Both the position numbers and the translations under genes were made by a program. DNA of 60,000 nt, from positions 121,646,001 to 121,706,000 of the forward strand of contig NC_087436.1 in assembly GCF_036321535.1 (NCBI RefSeq), in the 5' to 3' direction. The DNA is from Camelus dromedarius (taxonomy: Eukaryota). Below are positions 38,021-50,327 of the stretch, piece after piece. The notes under the pieces are model-generated. The model was not told the DNA's origin. It worked only from the letters and a program-made list of their open reading frames with translations, and made no database searches. Numbering within the stretch: position 1 is the stretch's first letter; each line of letters begins with the position of its first letter.

Positions 38021-41000
38021 CTCTGGGCTTTCCCATAGTAGCTCCCTCTGCCTGGAACGCTCTTCCCAGAAATCTGCATTTCCTGCTCCTTCATCCCCTG
38101 CAAGTCCTTACTTAGAGGTCCTGCTTCACAGTACCCGCCTCTGTCCTGGCACCGCCATCCCTCTTACCTGCTAGGGAAGGAGAAAGCTCTCCAAAAGCAG
38201 AGCATGCAGTAACAGTGGCCCTGGGCCTGCCAAGACCTGGAGAGTGATCGCCACGCTCCTTTCTCTCCCCTTTAGTCCAGCCACACCTAAACAAGGGCAC
38301 TCGGGACAAAGACTGTCCCACAGTGTGGCCGGGATGCTCTCAGCAGCAGAGTGTCAGGGAAGTAAGAGGCCATGGATTATGGGAGGAGAGAGAACACTGA
38401 GGGGAGGGAAGTGTGGCGCCCGTCCAGCCAGTTTGCCCAGGGGAGATCCACGATCCACGTGTTCAGATATTTCAGAGCCACACATCAAACTCTGAGCCGT
38501 GTCACAGAAACTCTCTCTCCTTGTCCACGGGTGAATACACCTCGCGGCATCCTGGAAGGGCAGCTCTGGGTTCATGGTCTGGGTTCATGGTCTGGAGCTT
38601 CCCTGAGTTCTTGGCGTGAACCTCCAGCACAGCAGGAGAGTGGGCCGCGGCCCCTGTTCCGAGGCCTCCAGCCTCCCCGGGATACACTCCGAGGTGCCCA
38701 AACCCTCTCACTGCTGAGCTCTGTCTGCAGCTCACCAGGGCCGCATGCACCAGTGGCACAATCTGCCCTCAGGGTGACAGAGCTGGGGACAAGGGCAGCC
38801 CAGGGCCATTTGCCCAGGGAATTCTGGGTCCTGGCCCCCAGAGGGTGGTCTAGCCGTGAAGCACAGGCTCTGAATGGCCATGCAGACCCCTCCTGTGTAG
38901 GGAGGGCATGGGCAGAGGAAGGCAGAGTGGGGTCCAGGGCAGGGGAAGCCTGCAATCGGGAAGACAAGGGCCATCACCACGGAAACCAGTCAGTGCTAAC
39001 CAGCGCACCCAAGGCCGGTGCCATGGCAGAGACCCCCTTCCCCAGAGCCGCAGGACCCCTGAGCTCCCCTCCCAATCCGCCTGGACACCGTTGTGGAGGG
39101 ATAAGCTGGGGAGGGAAGGCGGTGTGCAAGGGCATGTTTCCTAACACAGTCAGGATATATCTTTAGGGCCATGGAAGCTTCTGGATTGAACCACACTTTA
39201 GACCAACAGGACTGAAGTCGAAGTGTCCCTGTAGTGCGCATGGGCGCACGAGGGCGAGCAGGCTGGTGTCTCTGCTCTGAGATGAACTTGAGACGAACGA
39301 GGTTGTTGAGGGAGGTGAAGAGGCCTATGGGGCAGCGGGGGCAGATTCCACGTGCTCAGGAGCAGCCAGGAGCTGGGGCGCCGGCCCCGGAGCTTGGGTG
39401 CTGGGGGAGGGCTTGCTCACGGACAAGTCCCGCCTAAGGCTCTGATCCCCAAGCCGGTTGGCCCCCGGAAGCTGTGGGCCATGTCACCCCCTTGTGGACA
39501 CTCGCGGGATGGCCTCTTTCCGCCCCTGAGGGCTGAGGGCATCCTGGGGCCGAGTGTGGTCTCAGGAAAGAGGTAGCCCAGAGGGACGCCACACAGGAGC
39601 CCGGCCAGCCTGGCACAGGCCAGCCTGGCACCAGCCAGGTCTCCTCTGCTGTGCCCGGGCCCCCTCCGTGGTGTCAGATGCCCCTGAGCTCTGCCCAGGG
39701 GCCGAGCTGCCCTGAGGTGCCTGCGCTCACCAGGAACCAAATAGGTCTCCCACAGAATTTGCATTTCGGTCACTCAGTCAAGAAATGACTGTGGGCAGCC
39801 TGTCAGAGGTTGTTTCTCCAGGGAGGCCGTTGGTGGGCCCTTGGGCTCCGAGGCAGCGCGGCCAGAGGTTGGTTGGCCAGGGGGTCCTCCCAGGGCCTGT
39901 ATCCAGGGTCCTGTGCTCCCAGGGCTCCGGGTGTCCCTGCTTCTGAGTCTCCGCTGCCCGCGGCCCACAGCCCCGGCAGTCCGCCCCGCGCCCACTGATG
40001 GGGAGAAGGTGCGAGGTCAGAGAGGTCATGGGCCACGGTGGGCCACGGGGACAGAGCTGAGGAGCCGTCTCCGGCTCACACCACCAAAGGTGCCAAACAC
40101 GGCCTCACCCACATCAGCTTCAGACTCTCAGGTGGGCCTGGCGTTTTCTGTCTCTTGCCTGCCTCTCAGGCGGTTGCTGCAAGCTGCTCAGACACACCAT
40201 TTGGGCGATCTCTGTTTCTTCCCCTGCTTTCCCGGGTCTACAGTGCACAGGTTTGAGCTCCACCAGCAGGACAAGCAGGTGGTTTCCTTAGATCTTGCTG
40301 CAGCGGAGCAAGGGGCAAGAGTAGGACTGAGCGGCCCACTCCCCGCCGTGTGCGCGCGGCTCGCACAACGCTTCAGGGAAGACACTGCACCCGGGCTGGG
40401 AGGCTCACCCTGTCCAGTCCCCGCTCCGTGCCCTCTCCCGCTTGCCCAGCCTCCGCCGCGGTTCTTGCCCTTGCTGGTCCTTGACGACTCGGTTCCTTCC
40501 CCAGATGCCTGTATGGCTCCCTCCTCCCTCCTGGTGTCTAATGACAGGTCACCTGTCTTCCCTGCCCTCTCTGGACGAAAGCCTCCTGGGGGTCAACGAA
40601 GGCACCTGGAGGAGGGGGGACATGAAAGGGTGAGTGGGGTGGGGCCCCAACCCCCATGCCCCAACTGAGCCTCCCACACCCTGCCTGCCCCTCGTGGCAG
40701 TCTCCCTGCTGAGCGGGACCGAGGGAGCCCCATGGGGGGCTGTGGGGATGGTGAGGAGGAAGGGGACAGGGATGCCGGGCCTGGAAGGGGCCTGCTGGGC
40801 AGCTCAGGGCCTCTCTTCTGGGAGGTGACCCAGCACAGGTTGTCCTGCGACCACCACGGTGCCGCCTGTGAGCCCCACCTCCTGTGCGCACAGTCCCTCC
40901 TTCTGCGCCCCCTGATCCCAGCGTGATCCTGCCTACCCTACAGCCTGCCGCCACCTTCTGATGAGCTAAGGTCCCACTCATCAGGGCAAAACAATACAAA

Positions 41001-41267
41001 ACAGTAAACAAAGCCAGTAGCCCTGACGCCCGAGGCCCCCTGGGCCCGTGGAGGCCTGCTCCTCTTTCAGGGTCACACTCTGTGAGGCAGGCACAGGGGA
41101 CCCCAGATCCAGGGGCACGTGGGGCACTGTGGGTGGAGGGAGATGGTCTCCTCTGGGGCACTGGGTGACATGGGAGCTCTTGAGCTGTCATTTTCAGCAG
41201 GGGTTTTGGTGAAGCCAGGAGGTTGGCACACCCAGGCAGCGGGCACAGAGCAGACTGTGCCCATCAA

Positions 41268-41535
41268 GCTTCTGGTCTGTGGCCATGCCACTCCTTGGTC
41301 TGTAGCCGTGCCACTCCATGACTGTCTTCACGTGAGCTCTCTTTTGTGTGTCTGTCTCTTCCTCTTTCCCTTGTTAAGGACACTGGTCATTGGATTTAGG
41401 GCCCATTCAGATAATCCTGGATGATCTCATTTTGAGATCCTTAAATTAGATCCCATCTGCAAAGACTTTTTCCAAATAAGGTCCCACTCATAGGTTCTGG
41501 GGTATAGGATGTGGACATGCCTTTTTGGGGGGCAC
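41268..41535 (-). mobile_element. MaLR MLT1-type LTR fragment
   Basis: taaggacactggtcattggatttagggccca...catctgcaaagactttttccaaataaggtc. Confidence 0.85.
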
Positions 41536-42309
41536 ACGTCCCCTCACTGCAGAGGGGATCCACACAGCTGCTCAGAGGATGCATCACGTCACAGAGTGCC
41601 CAGTGCTGGCCAGGAAACCTGGACGAAGGCGCACCCGTGACCCCACGGGAGAAACATTTCCAGCTGCATGAGGGCAGGGGAACAGGGCAGAGGTGGCAAG
41701 AGGCGTACTCAGCCACCAACCAAACACACAGGGCCCGGGCCAGGGCACAGGCTGGGGGCTCCTACCTGGTTCCCCACTAGGCTGTCAGCCATACCGCCCA
41801 GCTGCCCTGGCCTTTGTCCTCTCGTGCTGTTGTGCCGGGTGACCCCACATTCGAGGTAGCTGTTAGTCTACACAAAGTGGAAGGAACAAGCATCTCAGGC
41901 AGACGGAATAGCAGGTGCAAAGTCCTGAGGCAGGAAAGAACTTGGTGTTTTTGAGGGGCTCTCTCAGAATGGCTGGTCCACGGTGACCACAGGTGAGGGG
42001 GTGTGGACACGTCTGAGAACAGGCAGGGCACAGCCTTCAGCAGCTTCAGGCTGGAGGTGGGGGCTCAGGCCTGCCGATTGGGATTGGAGGCCACTCAGGG
42101 TGGCTATTCCCGGGCAGCGGCAGACAGCAGAAGCAAACAAGCCATCCAAGGCCGCATCTCACACGACCTCCGCGGGCTGAGCTCAGTGTCAAGCGGGCAG
42201 AGCATAGGCTCCGCCCGCTCTAGTGCAGGTGCCCAAGCTACGTGGCAGAAGGGTGTGGCGAGAAGTGGTGGAAATCTGGGAGCAATAACCCAGCTGCCCC
42301 AATCAGTAA

Positions 42310-42760
42310 TATACATTTGCTGCCAAAAGCCCTGCTGTCAAGACCACCCTCAGATTCAGGGGTTCACAAGAAGGACTCACAGAGCTCACACAAGCCACCA
42401 CACTCACAGTTACAATTTATTACAGAAAAGGATACGCATTAAAACCAGCAAGGTAAAAGGCAGGGCGCAGGGAGACCTGGCACCAGCTGCCAGGTGTCCT
42501 CTCCTGGGGGAGTTGGCCAACAGCGCTCACTCCTCCCAGCAGCACGTACGCCAGCCCGGGAAGCTGGCGCAGCTGTGGTGTGCGGGGACCCTGCGGTGAC
42601 TGGCTGGTTCCTCCGTCTCCGGCCCCTCCAAAGGTCGAGGTGGTACATCAGGCCCCACAGCCCTGCCGTAAGTCACACTGTTGGCGCAGACTGCCTGCTG
42701 TGACCCAAAGCCTCCAGGAGGCGAAGATACATTTCCCAGGCGGGATTTCCCAGGACCAGG
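42310..42760. mobile_element. MER21-like LTR fragment
   Basis: caagaccaccctcagattca...aaggactcacagagctcac...acaatttattacagaaaaggatac resembles the recalled MER21 consensus. Contains GGGATTTCCC at 42742-42751. Confidence 0.65.
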
Positions 42761-43030
42761 CGGCTCTGCTCTGTGGGTGGAGGGTCTTGATGGTCCCGGC
42801 CCCCCGCGACCTCAGGAGTCGGAAGGCAGGCCATGGGCTAAGAAGTCTTTCCACAGAATCACAGCCAAACAGCCCAGTCTGTGCCTGTGTGGGTTTTGAA
42901 CTTGCTGAAAGGTAACGGTGGGCCCCACCTGTTGGTGAATTGGGCTACTGGAAATACGTTAACAGTCTGCGAAATCGAAAGGATGAGGGGAAGCTGATGG
43001 TGAAGGTCTTTTTTTCTTTTGGATCTTTTT

Positions 43031-43136
43031 ATTTTATTTTATTTTATTTTATTTTTTGGTGGAGGTACTAGGGATTGAACCCAGGACCTCCTGCATGCTA
43101 AGCATGCGCTCTACCACTGAGCTATACCCACCCCCG
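43031..43136 (-). mobile_element. Vic-1-type tRNA-derived SINE, young copy
   Basis: Reverse complement gggtatagctcagtggtagagcgcatgcttagcatgcaggaggtcctgggttcaatccctagtacctcc with A and B boxes and an (AAAAT)n tail. Perfect 14-bp TSD ttttggatcttttt at 43017-43030 and 43138-43151. Confidence 0.95.
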
Positions 43137-43227
43137 TTTTTGGATCTTTTTTTTTTGCTGTCAAAGAGGGAACCCAAGAAGAAAATGCAGCAAAGAAGAG
43201 AGACGAATTGGATTTCCACGAAGGTCG

Positions 43228-43741
43228 TGTGAAAATTAATAAAGGGAGAACTCACTAAACTGGAGACGGGCGGCCATAAGGGGGAGCTCTCACACACAAA
43301 TCGCTGGATTCAGTACAGATCCCAGCGGGAGGAGATGCGTGTGTTGAATCTCCCGCAAAAAGTGACACGACTTCACCTCCGCCAGCGGGAGGAAGAGCTT
43401 CTCCTTGACTGGCAACACTTGAGCCAGTGCGAGGCGGACACCACACAGCCAGAGAAAAGCCGCTGTGCTCTGACGTCCCAGCTTCCTCCCCGGGGCTCCT
43501 AGTGACAGCCCCGCCCAACTTCCCCGGTCTCCGCTGTAACAGCGTCCTCCCCTTTGGTTTACTGGACTAGCCTGTGGCTCACAAGGTTTGGGTCTTGAGT
43601 TGCAATTCTTTGCTGCTCCCAGATAAACCTGTTTCGCTGGTAAAAAAAAAAAAAAAAAAAAAGCATATATATATATATGTGTGTATATAGAACATATATA
43701 CATGTATGTAAGCCTGGCTGTTTCATTGCTGTAGGTCAGCC
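43228..43741 (+). mobile_element. Provirus 5' LTR
   Basis: tgtgaaaattaataaaggg...ttctttgctgctcccagataaacc...aggtcagc aligns with 54072-54850. Carries a poly-A/(TA)n expansion at 43642-43710. Confidence 0.8.
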
Positions 43742-44131
43742 TTACACAGAGGCCCCATGGAGGGCCAGAGAAGAGCCCGGCAGCTCCAAGGCTGGCAAGC
43801 GAGCAGGCGCGGTGCCCACGGAGCCCACCGAGCTCACGGCTTTCTTGTCGACCCTGGAGTTTGAGGATAAAGTTGTCTCCTGGATTCAAGCCTGTTCTTC
43901 TTGTGTTTTGAAGCTCTCCAGGCTTTGTCCGGGGTCTGTTTAAGGGCTTGGTCCTTTCTGTTAAGGCCTTGCTTAGTCTGGAGTGCTTGTTTGGCACTTG
44001 GGCCTGACTCTTTTGAAATCGGGCTGTTCCTACTGGACCTGTGCTAGCCTTCGATCTGATGCCTTTTGGAACTGGGCTGGCATTTGTCCTACAGGCTGTT
44101 TAAGAATTATTATTTTTTGCTCTAGAGACAA

Positions 44132-46030
44132 ACCTCTGAAAAATGGGATCCCAGTTACGTAAATGTTTTGAAAGCACTCCCGCTTCAGGGACCAAAGCCA
44201 ATTTTATCTTTCAAAACTGCAGCCCCACCGATGTGTATTTCTAACTAAATGGACTGACTTAACCAAAAATAATTTAGAACATCTGTTACTGAACCAAACT
44301 CGGGTCCGCTCACCCGTGTGCAGTGAAGCCAGTCCCCTGACACTGGGTTGTGAGGAACGAAAGTGCAGTGTTTATTGCAGGCGCCAAGCAGGAAGTCCAG
44401 GCTAGTGCCGAAAAGACCTGAGCTCCCCGAAGGCCTTCGGGGAAATTTAAAGTTAGGGTGAGGGAGGCGGGCTGTGAGGTGCGTGGTCAGCTCGTGGACG
44501 GTCTTCTGACTGGCGGGTGGTGAGTCATCAGGAGTCGACGTCTTCAACCTTCCGGGTCCAACCGGTCTGAAGTCTCCGTGCTTGTGGGCAGCACAGTTAG
44601 CTTCTTCCACCTGTCTCCACCAGTCTCTGCAAAATAGCTTGAAGGATCTGGTGCAGGACATTATCTACAGCCCTTGAGCAGGAACTAAAGGTCCTTGACT
44701 TTGATGTCTAAATATTATTTTGTCATGTTTGTTTCCTTTGTTTTTGCATTTTCTCACTTCTCTGATTACATTTATTCTTTGGAACTCGGGGAAGGCCTAG
44801 GAGGCTAAAGTTTTTCTACAGACAAGAGGCAGGCAGTGGACATGGGTGAGGGGTGGGGAGTCTGTCCTGGGAAGGCCCCACGGAGTCCTGCTTGGATACA
44901 CATCAGTGGTCATTATGAGGAACTTTTGAATTCCCCAAACTTAACTTTCTTAAAACTCTGTTAGACAGTCATAGCTCGGAAATAGTCAAAACTGAATTGG
45001 ATGCCTATTTTGATTGGTATTTTGAGGCTTCCAAATATTATCAGGAGTTTAAAGTTGCCTTTCTGTAAAATGCCATAACTAAATGAATTGAGACAAACAG
45101 ACAAAATGACTTGTGAGGCCTCACGTCCGTCCCCCCAGCTGCTTTGCCTCTGGCTTTACTCTGTTGCCATTTTCCTACTCCAAACCCAACAGAACCTGCC
45201 CTTTAAAGTGAAATATTCTGAGCATCCAAACAAACCCCAGATTACTTTTGTCCCCTGGACTTAGGCCAAATTGAAAGCTATAGTTTCCTAAAGTGACTGA
45301 GGACCCTATAGATTTGCTGATGAATTTAACATAGTTGGTCAAACCTATCAACCTGGTTTCTCAGATCTGTGTCAGTCCACATGCTGGCTGGTGAGGGTCA
45401 AGTCAAATACTGGGTAAACTTAGCCCAGTGGGAGGGGATGTAGAAGAACAAAACCCTAACTTCTGGCGAGCTGGAGCGCTTGCTGGAGTCCTCCACCAGC
45501 AGTTACGGCCGTCCTCCCTAGGCCTGGTGAGCAGAACAAAACTCAGGCTTGCTCACCACAATCTGATGAACCTGTCTATGACTATTACCGCCGACTTCAG
45601 GTTACTTTTAAGGAAAATTCTTCTCTTCCTTCAGAGGTTGGGTCCAGTAGGGTAGCCTTTAACTCCGTGTTTATTAACGGACTGAACTGGGATCTTTCTC
45701 TTTTAATAAAAAACACCAGGATGGAATGGGGAACGAAGTCCATTGCAGATTTGTTAATTTAGCAGATCAGTGTGTTTGAACCCTAGATGAGTCACCAAAA
45801 AGAAAGACTGCCAAAATTTTTAATGTATATATTTTTATTGAAGTATAGTCAGTTTACAGTGTTGTGTCAGTCTTCAACACCAGCCAGTGAAGGCTCCTAA
45901 ATGAAACCAAAAGTCTAGTTTCTGCTATAATTGCAAGGAACCAGGACATTGAAAAAAAAAGATTGTTACAAATTTTAGCATTTCAGGTATCCTCAGCCCT
46001 TTAGCAGCCTTTCCAATGTCCTCCTGATGG
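44132..46030 (+). pseudogene. ERV gag remnant (interrupted)
   Basis: atgggatcc start; capsid-like EDPYRFADEF and QTYQPGFSDL (~45300-45370); CCHC knuckle CYNCKEPGH*K..DC at 45923-45966. Confidence 0.8.
44284..44900 (-). mobile_element. ERV1-type solo LTR (MER41-like cetartiodactyl family) inserted in gag
   Basis: TG...CA termini, exact 4-bp TSD CATC (44280-44283, 44901-44904), AATAAA on the minus strand at ~44371. The gag sequence resumes after it. Confidence 0.9.
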
Positions 46031-46341
46031 TGGGGGCTCTGAGGAGCCCCAGGGGCTCTTCTCGCCCCTCCCTCTAATCAGCTTGGAAGAACAACCCTCC
46101 AGACTGGGGATGAATGTCTCCGTGTCCTTATCGACGCCAGAGCTACGCTCAGTGCCCAACCCCACTGCTGTAAAACAGCCCCTGCCTCGAAGTACTAGGA
46201 TGGTTCAAATACAGGGTGTCTCTAGTAACTTTAAATATCTTCCTGTGTCTAAACCTATTCCCTTTCATTTAGGCCCTTTGGGAGATACACACCCTTTTCT
46301 CCTTAGCGCCTCTGCCCCTGTTCATTTATTGGCTGAAACTT

Positions 46342-46472
46342 TTTTGGGGGGTGGGGCGGGTAGGTATAATTAGGTTTACTTATTTATTTTTGATGGAGGT
46401 ACTGGGGATGGAACCCAGGACCTTGTGCCTGCTGAGCACGTGCTCCACCACCGAGCTCTACCCTCCCTCCCA
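46342..46472 (-). mobile_element. Vic-1-type SINE inserted in ERV pro/pol
   Basis: taattaggttt...ggaggtactggggatggaacccaggacc...; imperfect TSD ggctgaaactt (46331-46341) / ggctgaggctt (46473-46483). Confidence 0.9.
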
Positions 46473-48954
46473 GGCTGAGGCTTCTTGGAAAAGTATCATG
46501 TTGGGATCTCTTTCTCCCAAAAGGGGGAAACAAGTCTAGAATTTGATGATAGCCATCAAAATAGCCACCCAGGTGAATTAAATGAATCTGACACCCTTTA
46601 TTTGCTTTGTCTCCAACACCCTGGAGCTGATTCTGGAACCACTGATCAGTTAGCCCTATTGAATCAGCTACCATCTTCCTTAAGGGCAAAATCTCCAAAG
46701 GATATTGGCAAAAGCCACAGTACACCCCCCAGTAAGATTCAAATGGGGCCCTCAGAACCTCTCCCCAGAATCAATACCCCATAAGTAAAGTCCTTCTTTG
46801 CTTTTTAAAACCCATAATAAAAGGTTCCCAGGCTCAGGGCCCCATCACCCCTTGTCCTAGTCCTTCTAATACTCTTATTTTACCTGCGAGAAAACCCGAG
46901 GACCTAGGATGGAGGTCTGCCTGGGACCTCGGAGCAGTAAACAACACTGCTATCCCTCGACAGCCTGCTGTTCCCAACCCCACATGCCACGGACACCCAT
47001 TCCCACGGGAACTAAAGTCTTAACATAGATGATCTAGGCAGTGATGTTTCGTGTTCCAGTTGGTAAGGCTAGCTGATATCTTTTTGCCCTCACCTGGGGA
47101 GGATGACAGTGCACAAGAACAGCAATGCCGCAGGGTTGCACAGAAAGCCTTCCTTACTTTGCACAAGTCCTGAAAACTGATTTGGATGACAGAAGGCTTT
47201 ATGCAGGTTCTACTTGGTTATAATATATAGATGACTTACTTCTATATCCACCTTCTCAATCTGCCTCCCAGGAAAACAACAATCACCTGCTAAAACTTTT
47301 GGCCTTAAAGGGATATAAAGTCTTTTAAAAAAAACCCTGCGGTTTGCTCAAACCCAGGATCGATATTTGGGCACCTGATCTTGGAACGAGGACTACATTT
47401 GGACCTGGATTGGCTGTATGTCATCCTGAACTCCCCAAACCTAAAACTAAGTGCCAGTTACAAGGTTTTCTCGGGCTAGCTGGCTACTGATGAAAATGGA
47501 TTCAAAATTTCTCTCTTACGGCTCAGTCCCATCTTCCTTATTGAAACCCAGCAAACTTGGCCCTAATCGAGGGATCAAGATGACATAGCTTTTGAAACCG
47601 TAAAGGAAAGCTTAATGAGACAGCCCGGCCTTGGGCATCCTAATTATCAGCTTTGCTTTTTCCACTTTGTATGTGAGAAGGAAGGGAAAGCCCATGGGGT
47701 ACTCACCTCAAAACATGGGGACTGTCATTGGCCTATTGGGTGTTACCGTCCACAGCGGGACCCTGTGGTGTGGGATGTTACCCTTGCCTCAGAGTCATTC
47801 TGGCCACTGCCCTTCTGGTCAAGCCCACCGAATAGATAATCACGGGACCCCTTTAACCACCTTCACACCTCAAGCAGTAGAAGCCCCCCAAATCCTCATC
47901 ACACGGAACACTTCTCAGTCAGTCGCCTCCCTCCTGTGAAATCCTGTCGCTAACAGCTCCTCACGTAACTCTTCCACGTCGCAACAAGCCCCGCCCTGCT
48001 GCCCCTCCCCCTCCTCCTCTGACAAGCCCCTCAGGACTACTGCTGGCAGAGCACCGTCAGACTCCCCGGAACGGTTCCCAGGGACTCCTCCAAGCACGGC
48101 GGGCTTTTCATGCGTTACCGACGGTTCCCACCTAGGGCGACAGTGGGGACCCTGTGCCGGCGAAGCTCTTACACCCTTTCCTGAAGTCGTCCAGGCAACA
48201 CCGCACCTTTGACTACTTCCACCCAGCAGGCTCAATTATATACATACCGTCATTTGGGCTTGAACTTTAGCCGAGGGCAAAACTGCCAACATTTACGTGG
48301 GCGGTCAGTATGCCTCTGGGGGCTCGTTACCTTGGGATGCTATGGAACCAGTAAGGTTTCCTTAGCTCTAGTGGGGAAAAGATTAACAATGGCTCCTATA
48401 TCCGAAATCTATTAGCTGCCCTACTGTAGCCAGCCACCTTGGCTATAATTAAGATCCCTGGCATTCTGAGCTTGACTCCATCGAGGATAAAAACCCACCT
48501 CAGTGATATTTCCACTGGAAATGCTGCTCTCCAAGGAACTAGTGGCCAAATCTCCATCACAGTCTGAAGAGATGCTCCTGAGATAACAATCTAGAAAAAC
48601 TGACTGTAAATGCCCAAAAATTGGTCCCAGAAAAGGAAAAACAATATTGGCCATCTGGTAACTGTTGGTTCGATAAAAAGAGAGCCAAATTACAAACTGG
48701 ACCTGCCGGGAGTTCTAAGATTCTGATGCCTCACCACTGCACATGGGTTGAAACATTGGTCCCCTGACAAGTGACAGCGTTCATGAACCAGTGTCAGTGG
48801 GGAAAAACTAATAAGGCCAGAAAAAGTGCCTGCCTCCTTGTCTCCCGTCCAAACTATAACCCAATCGCGCTGCTCCCAGACATTCTGAATCATCTAAGGG
48901 GTCATCTGAGATTCGGCACATGGAATTCATACAGGTGCCCGTCTCATGGACATA

Positions 48955-49265
48955 CAGGTTACCTGTTTTATTATGCTTTCCTTTATTGCACTTGACAGAT
49001 ACTGCATTTTTTACAAACGGAAATTGTGGCAACCCTGTGTTGAGCAAGCCTATCAGCACCATTTTTCCTACAGTGTTGCTTTTAATTACAGTACGTACAT
49101 TTGCTTAGACATCATGCTGCTGCACACTTAACAGACTGCAGTGCAGCATAAACTTGGCTTTCATACGCGCTGGGGAGCCCCAGAACCCACGTGATTGCTT
49201 TATTTTGCTGTTTGCTTTACTGCGTGCTCTGGAAGCAAACCCAAACTCCCTGCAAGACACGCCTG
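48955..49265 (+). mobile_element. Tigger1-derived MITE (internal deletion derivative) in ERV integrase
   Basis: TA|caggttacctgttttatt...gtggcaaccctgtgttgagcaag (Tigger1 5' end) joined to the Tigger1 3' end ...acacgcctg. Confidence 0.85.
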
Positions 49266-50327
49266 CGCACGTGTGTTAGCCACAGCCTGTGCGTTCTGAC
49301 GGGACCAAGGCTTTCCCTCTAGGCAGGCCATTGCTTCTCTGTGGCTGTAATTTGGTTAGAAGAGATTAGCCCTACATTTGAACTTCACAGTGATCAAGGG
49401 TCAGGTACTTTGGCAAGTCTGTGCCGTTTGGCTGGTTTTACAGTACTTTCACTGTGCTTACCAGCGTCAGTTCTCAGGGGTGGTTGATGGACTAACAGTG
49501 CTGTTGACAGCCAACTGGCAGAATTCATAGATACCCTCCAAGCACCCTGACCCAAACCATTGCCGTTGGTCCTTCTGTTTCTCAGCTGTCCCCTTTTGGA
49601 GCTCACAGACTCCCACCCTTGGAGACAGTCATAAGACGGCCCAGGCACCTGTCCCCTCCCTCTTTTGATCTGTAGCTGATAAAAGGAGACACGCGTCAAT
49701 ACTGTGAAGGCTTAATTGCTTCTGTTAAAAACAACCACACTCTGGTAGAGCAGTGTTTTCATAGTGCACTCGCAGGAGACGAAGACATTAAGCGTCACGC
49801 CTTGCAACCTGGAGAGTCTGTCTACGGGAAAAGACACCTCCAGGAGGACTCTGTTCAGCCTCACTGGAGAGGCCCTTGTCAGGTCCTGCTCACCAAGCCT
49901 TGTGCCTCCGAACTGCAGGGAACAGCTCCTGGGTTCATGTGACACATCTAAAGAAAGCACCAAAGCCTGACTGGGTCTCCACACCATTTGGTGACCTGAA
50001 GGCAAAGACATCATGGAACAGAAGCACATGACATCTGATGACACAGCTTTCCCAAGTTGTCAGGACCAGGCCTGTTAGACAGTTTAGAATTCGCAGAAGT
50101 CTCCCTCTCTTTCATCTAAATGATAAACTGACTGGATTCTCACCCAAATTCATGGTCTTTGAATTTGCAACCTACAGGCTGTATTACTGATAAACCATTT
50201 AGTTCCTAACAGTGTCTTTTGAGACAAAACATTGTTTAATTGCTCCGTGTTTATTCCTGCACTGGGTCTCTCCAACGCACTTGTTTAGTTCCTGCAGTTT
50301 TGAGTGTGCTCTTGTGTATTCACTATT

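Larger units (their letters stand above)
46080..50030 (+). pseudogene. ERV pro-pol remnant (protease, RT, RNase H, integrase)
   Basis: LIDARAT (protease DTGA-like, ~46130); SPSNTLILPARKP..W..DLGAVN (~46860-46940); MPQG (~47126); YIDD at 47224-47235; TDGS (~48120); GKTANIY (~48280); WVHVTHLKKA integrase end (~49930). Many stops and frameshifts. Confidence 0.9.

Noticed and set aside
43060..43135. tRNA-Ala-like sequence
   Set aside because: Has an A-rich tail and a TSD and lacks a proper acceptor stem, so it is a SINE rather than a tRNA gene.
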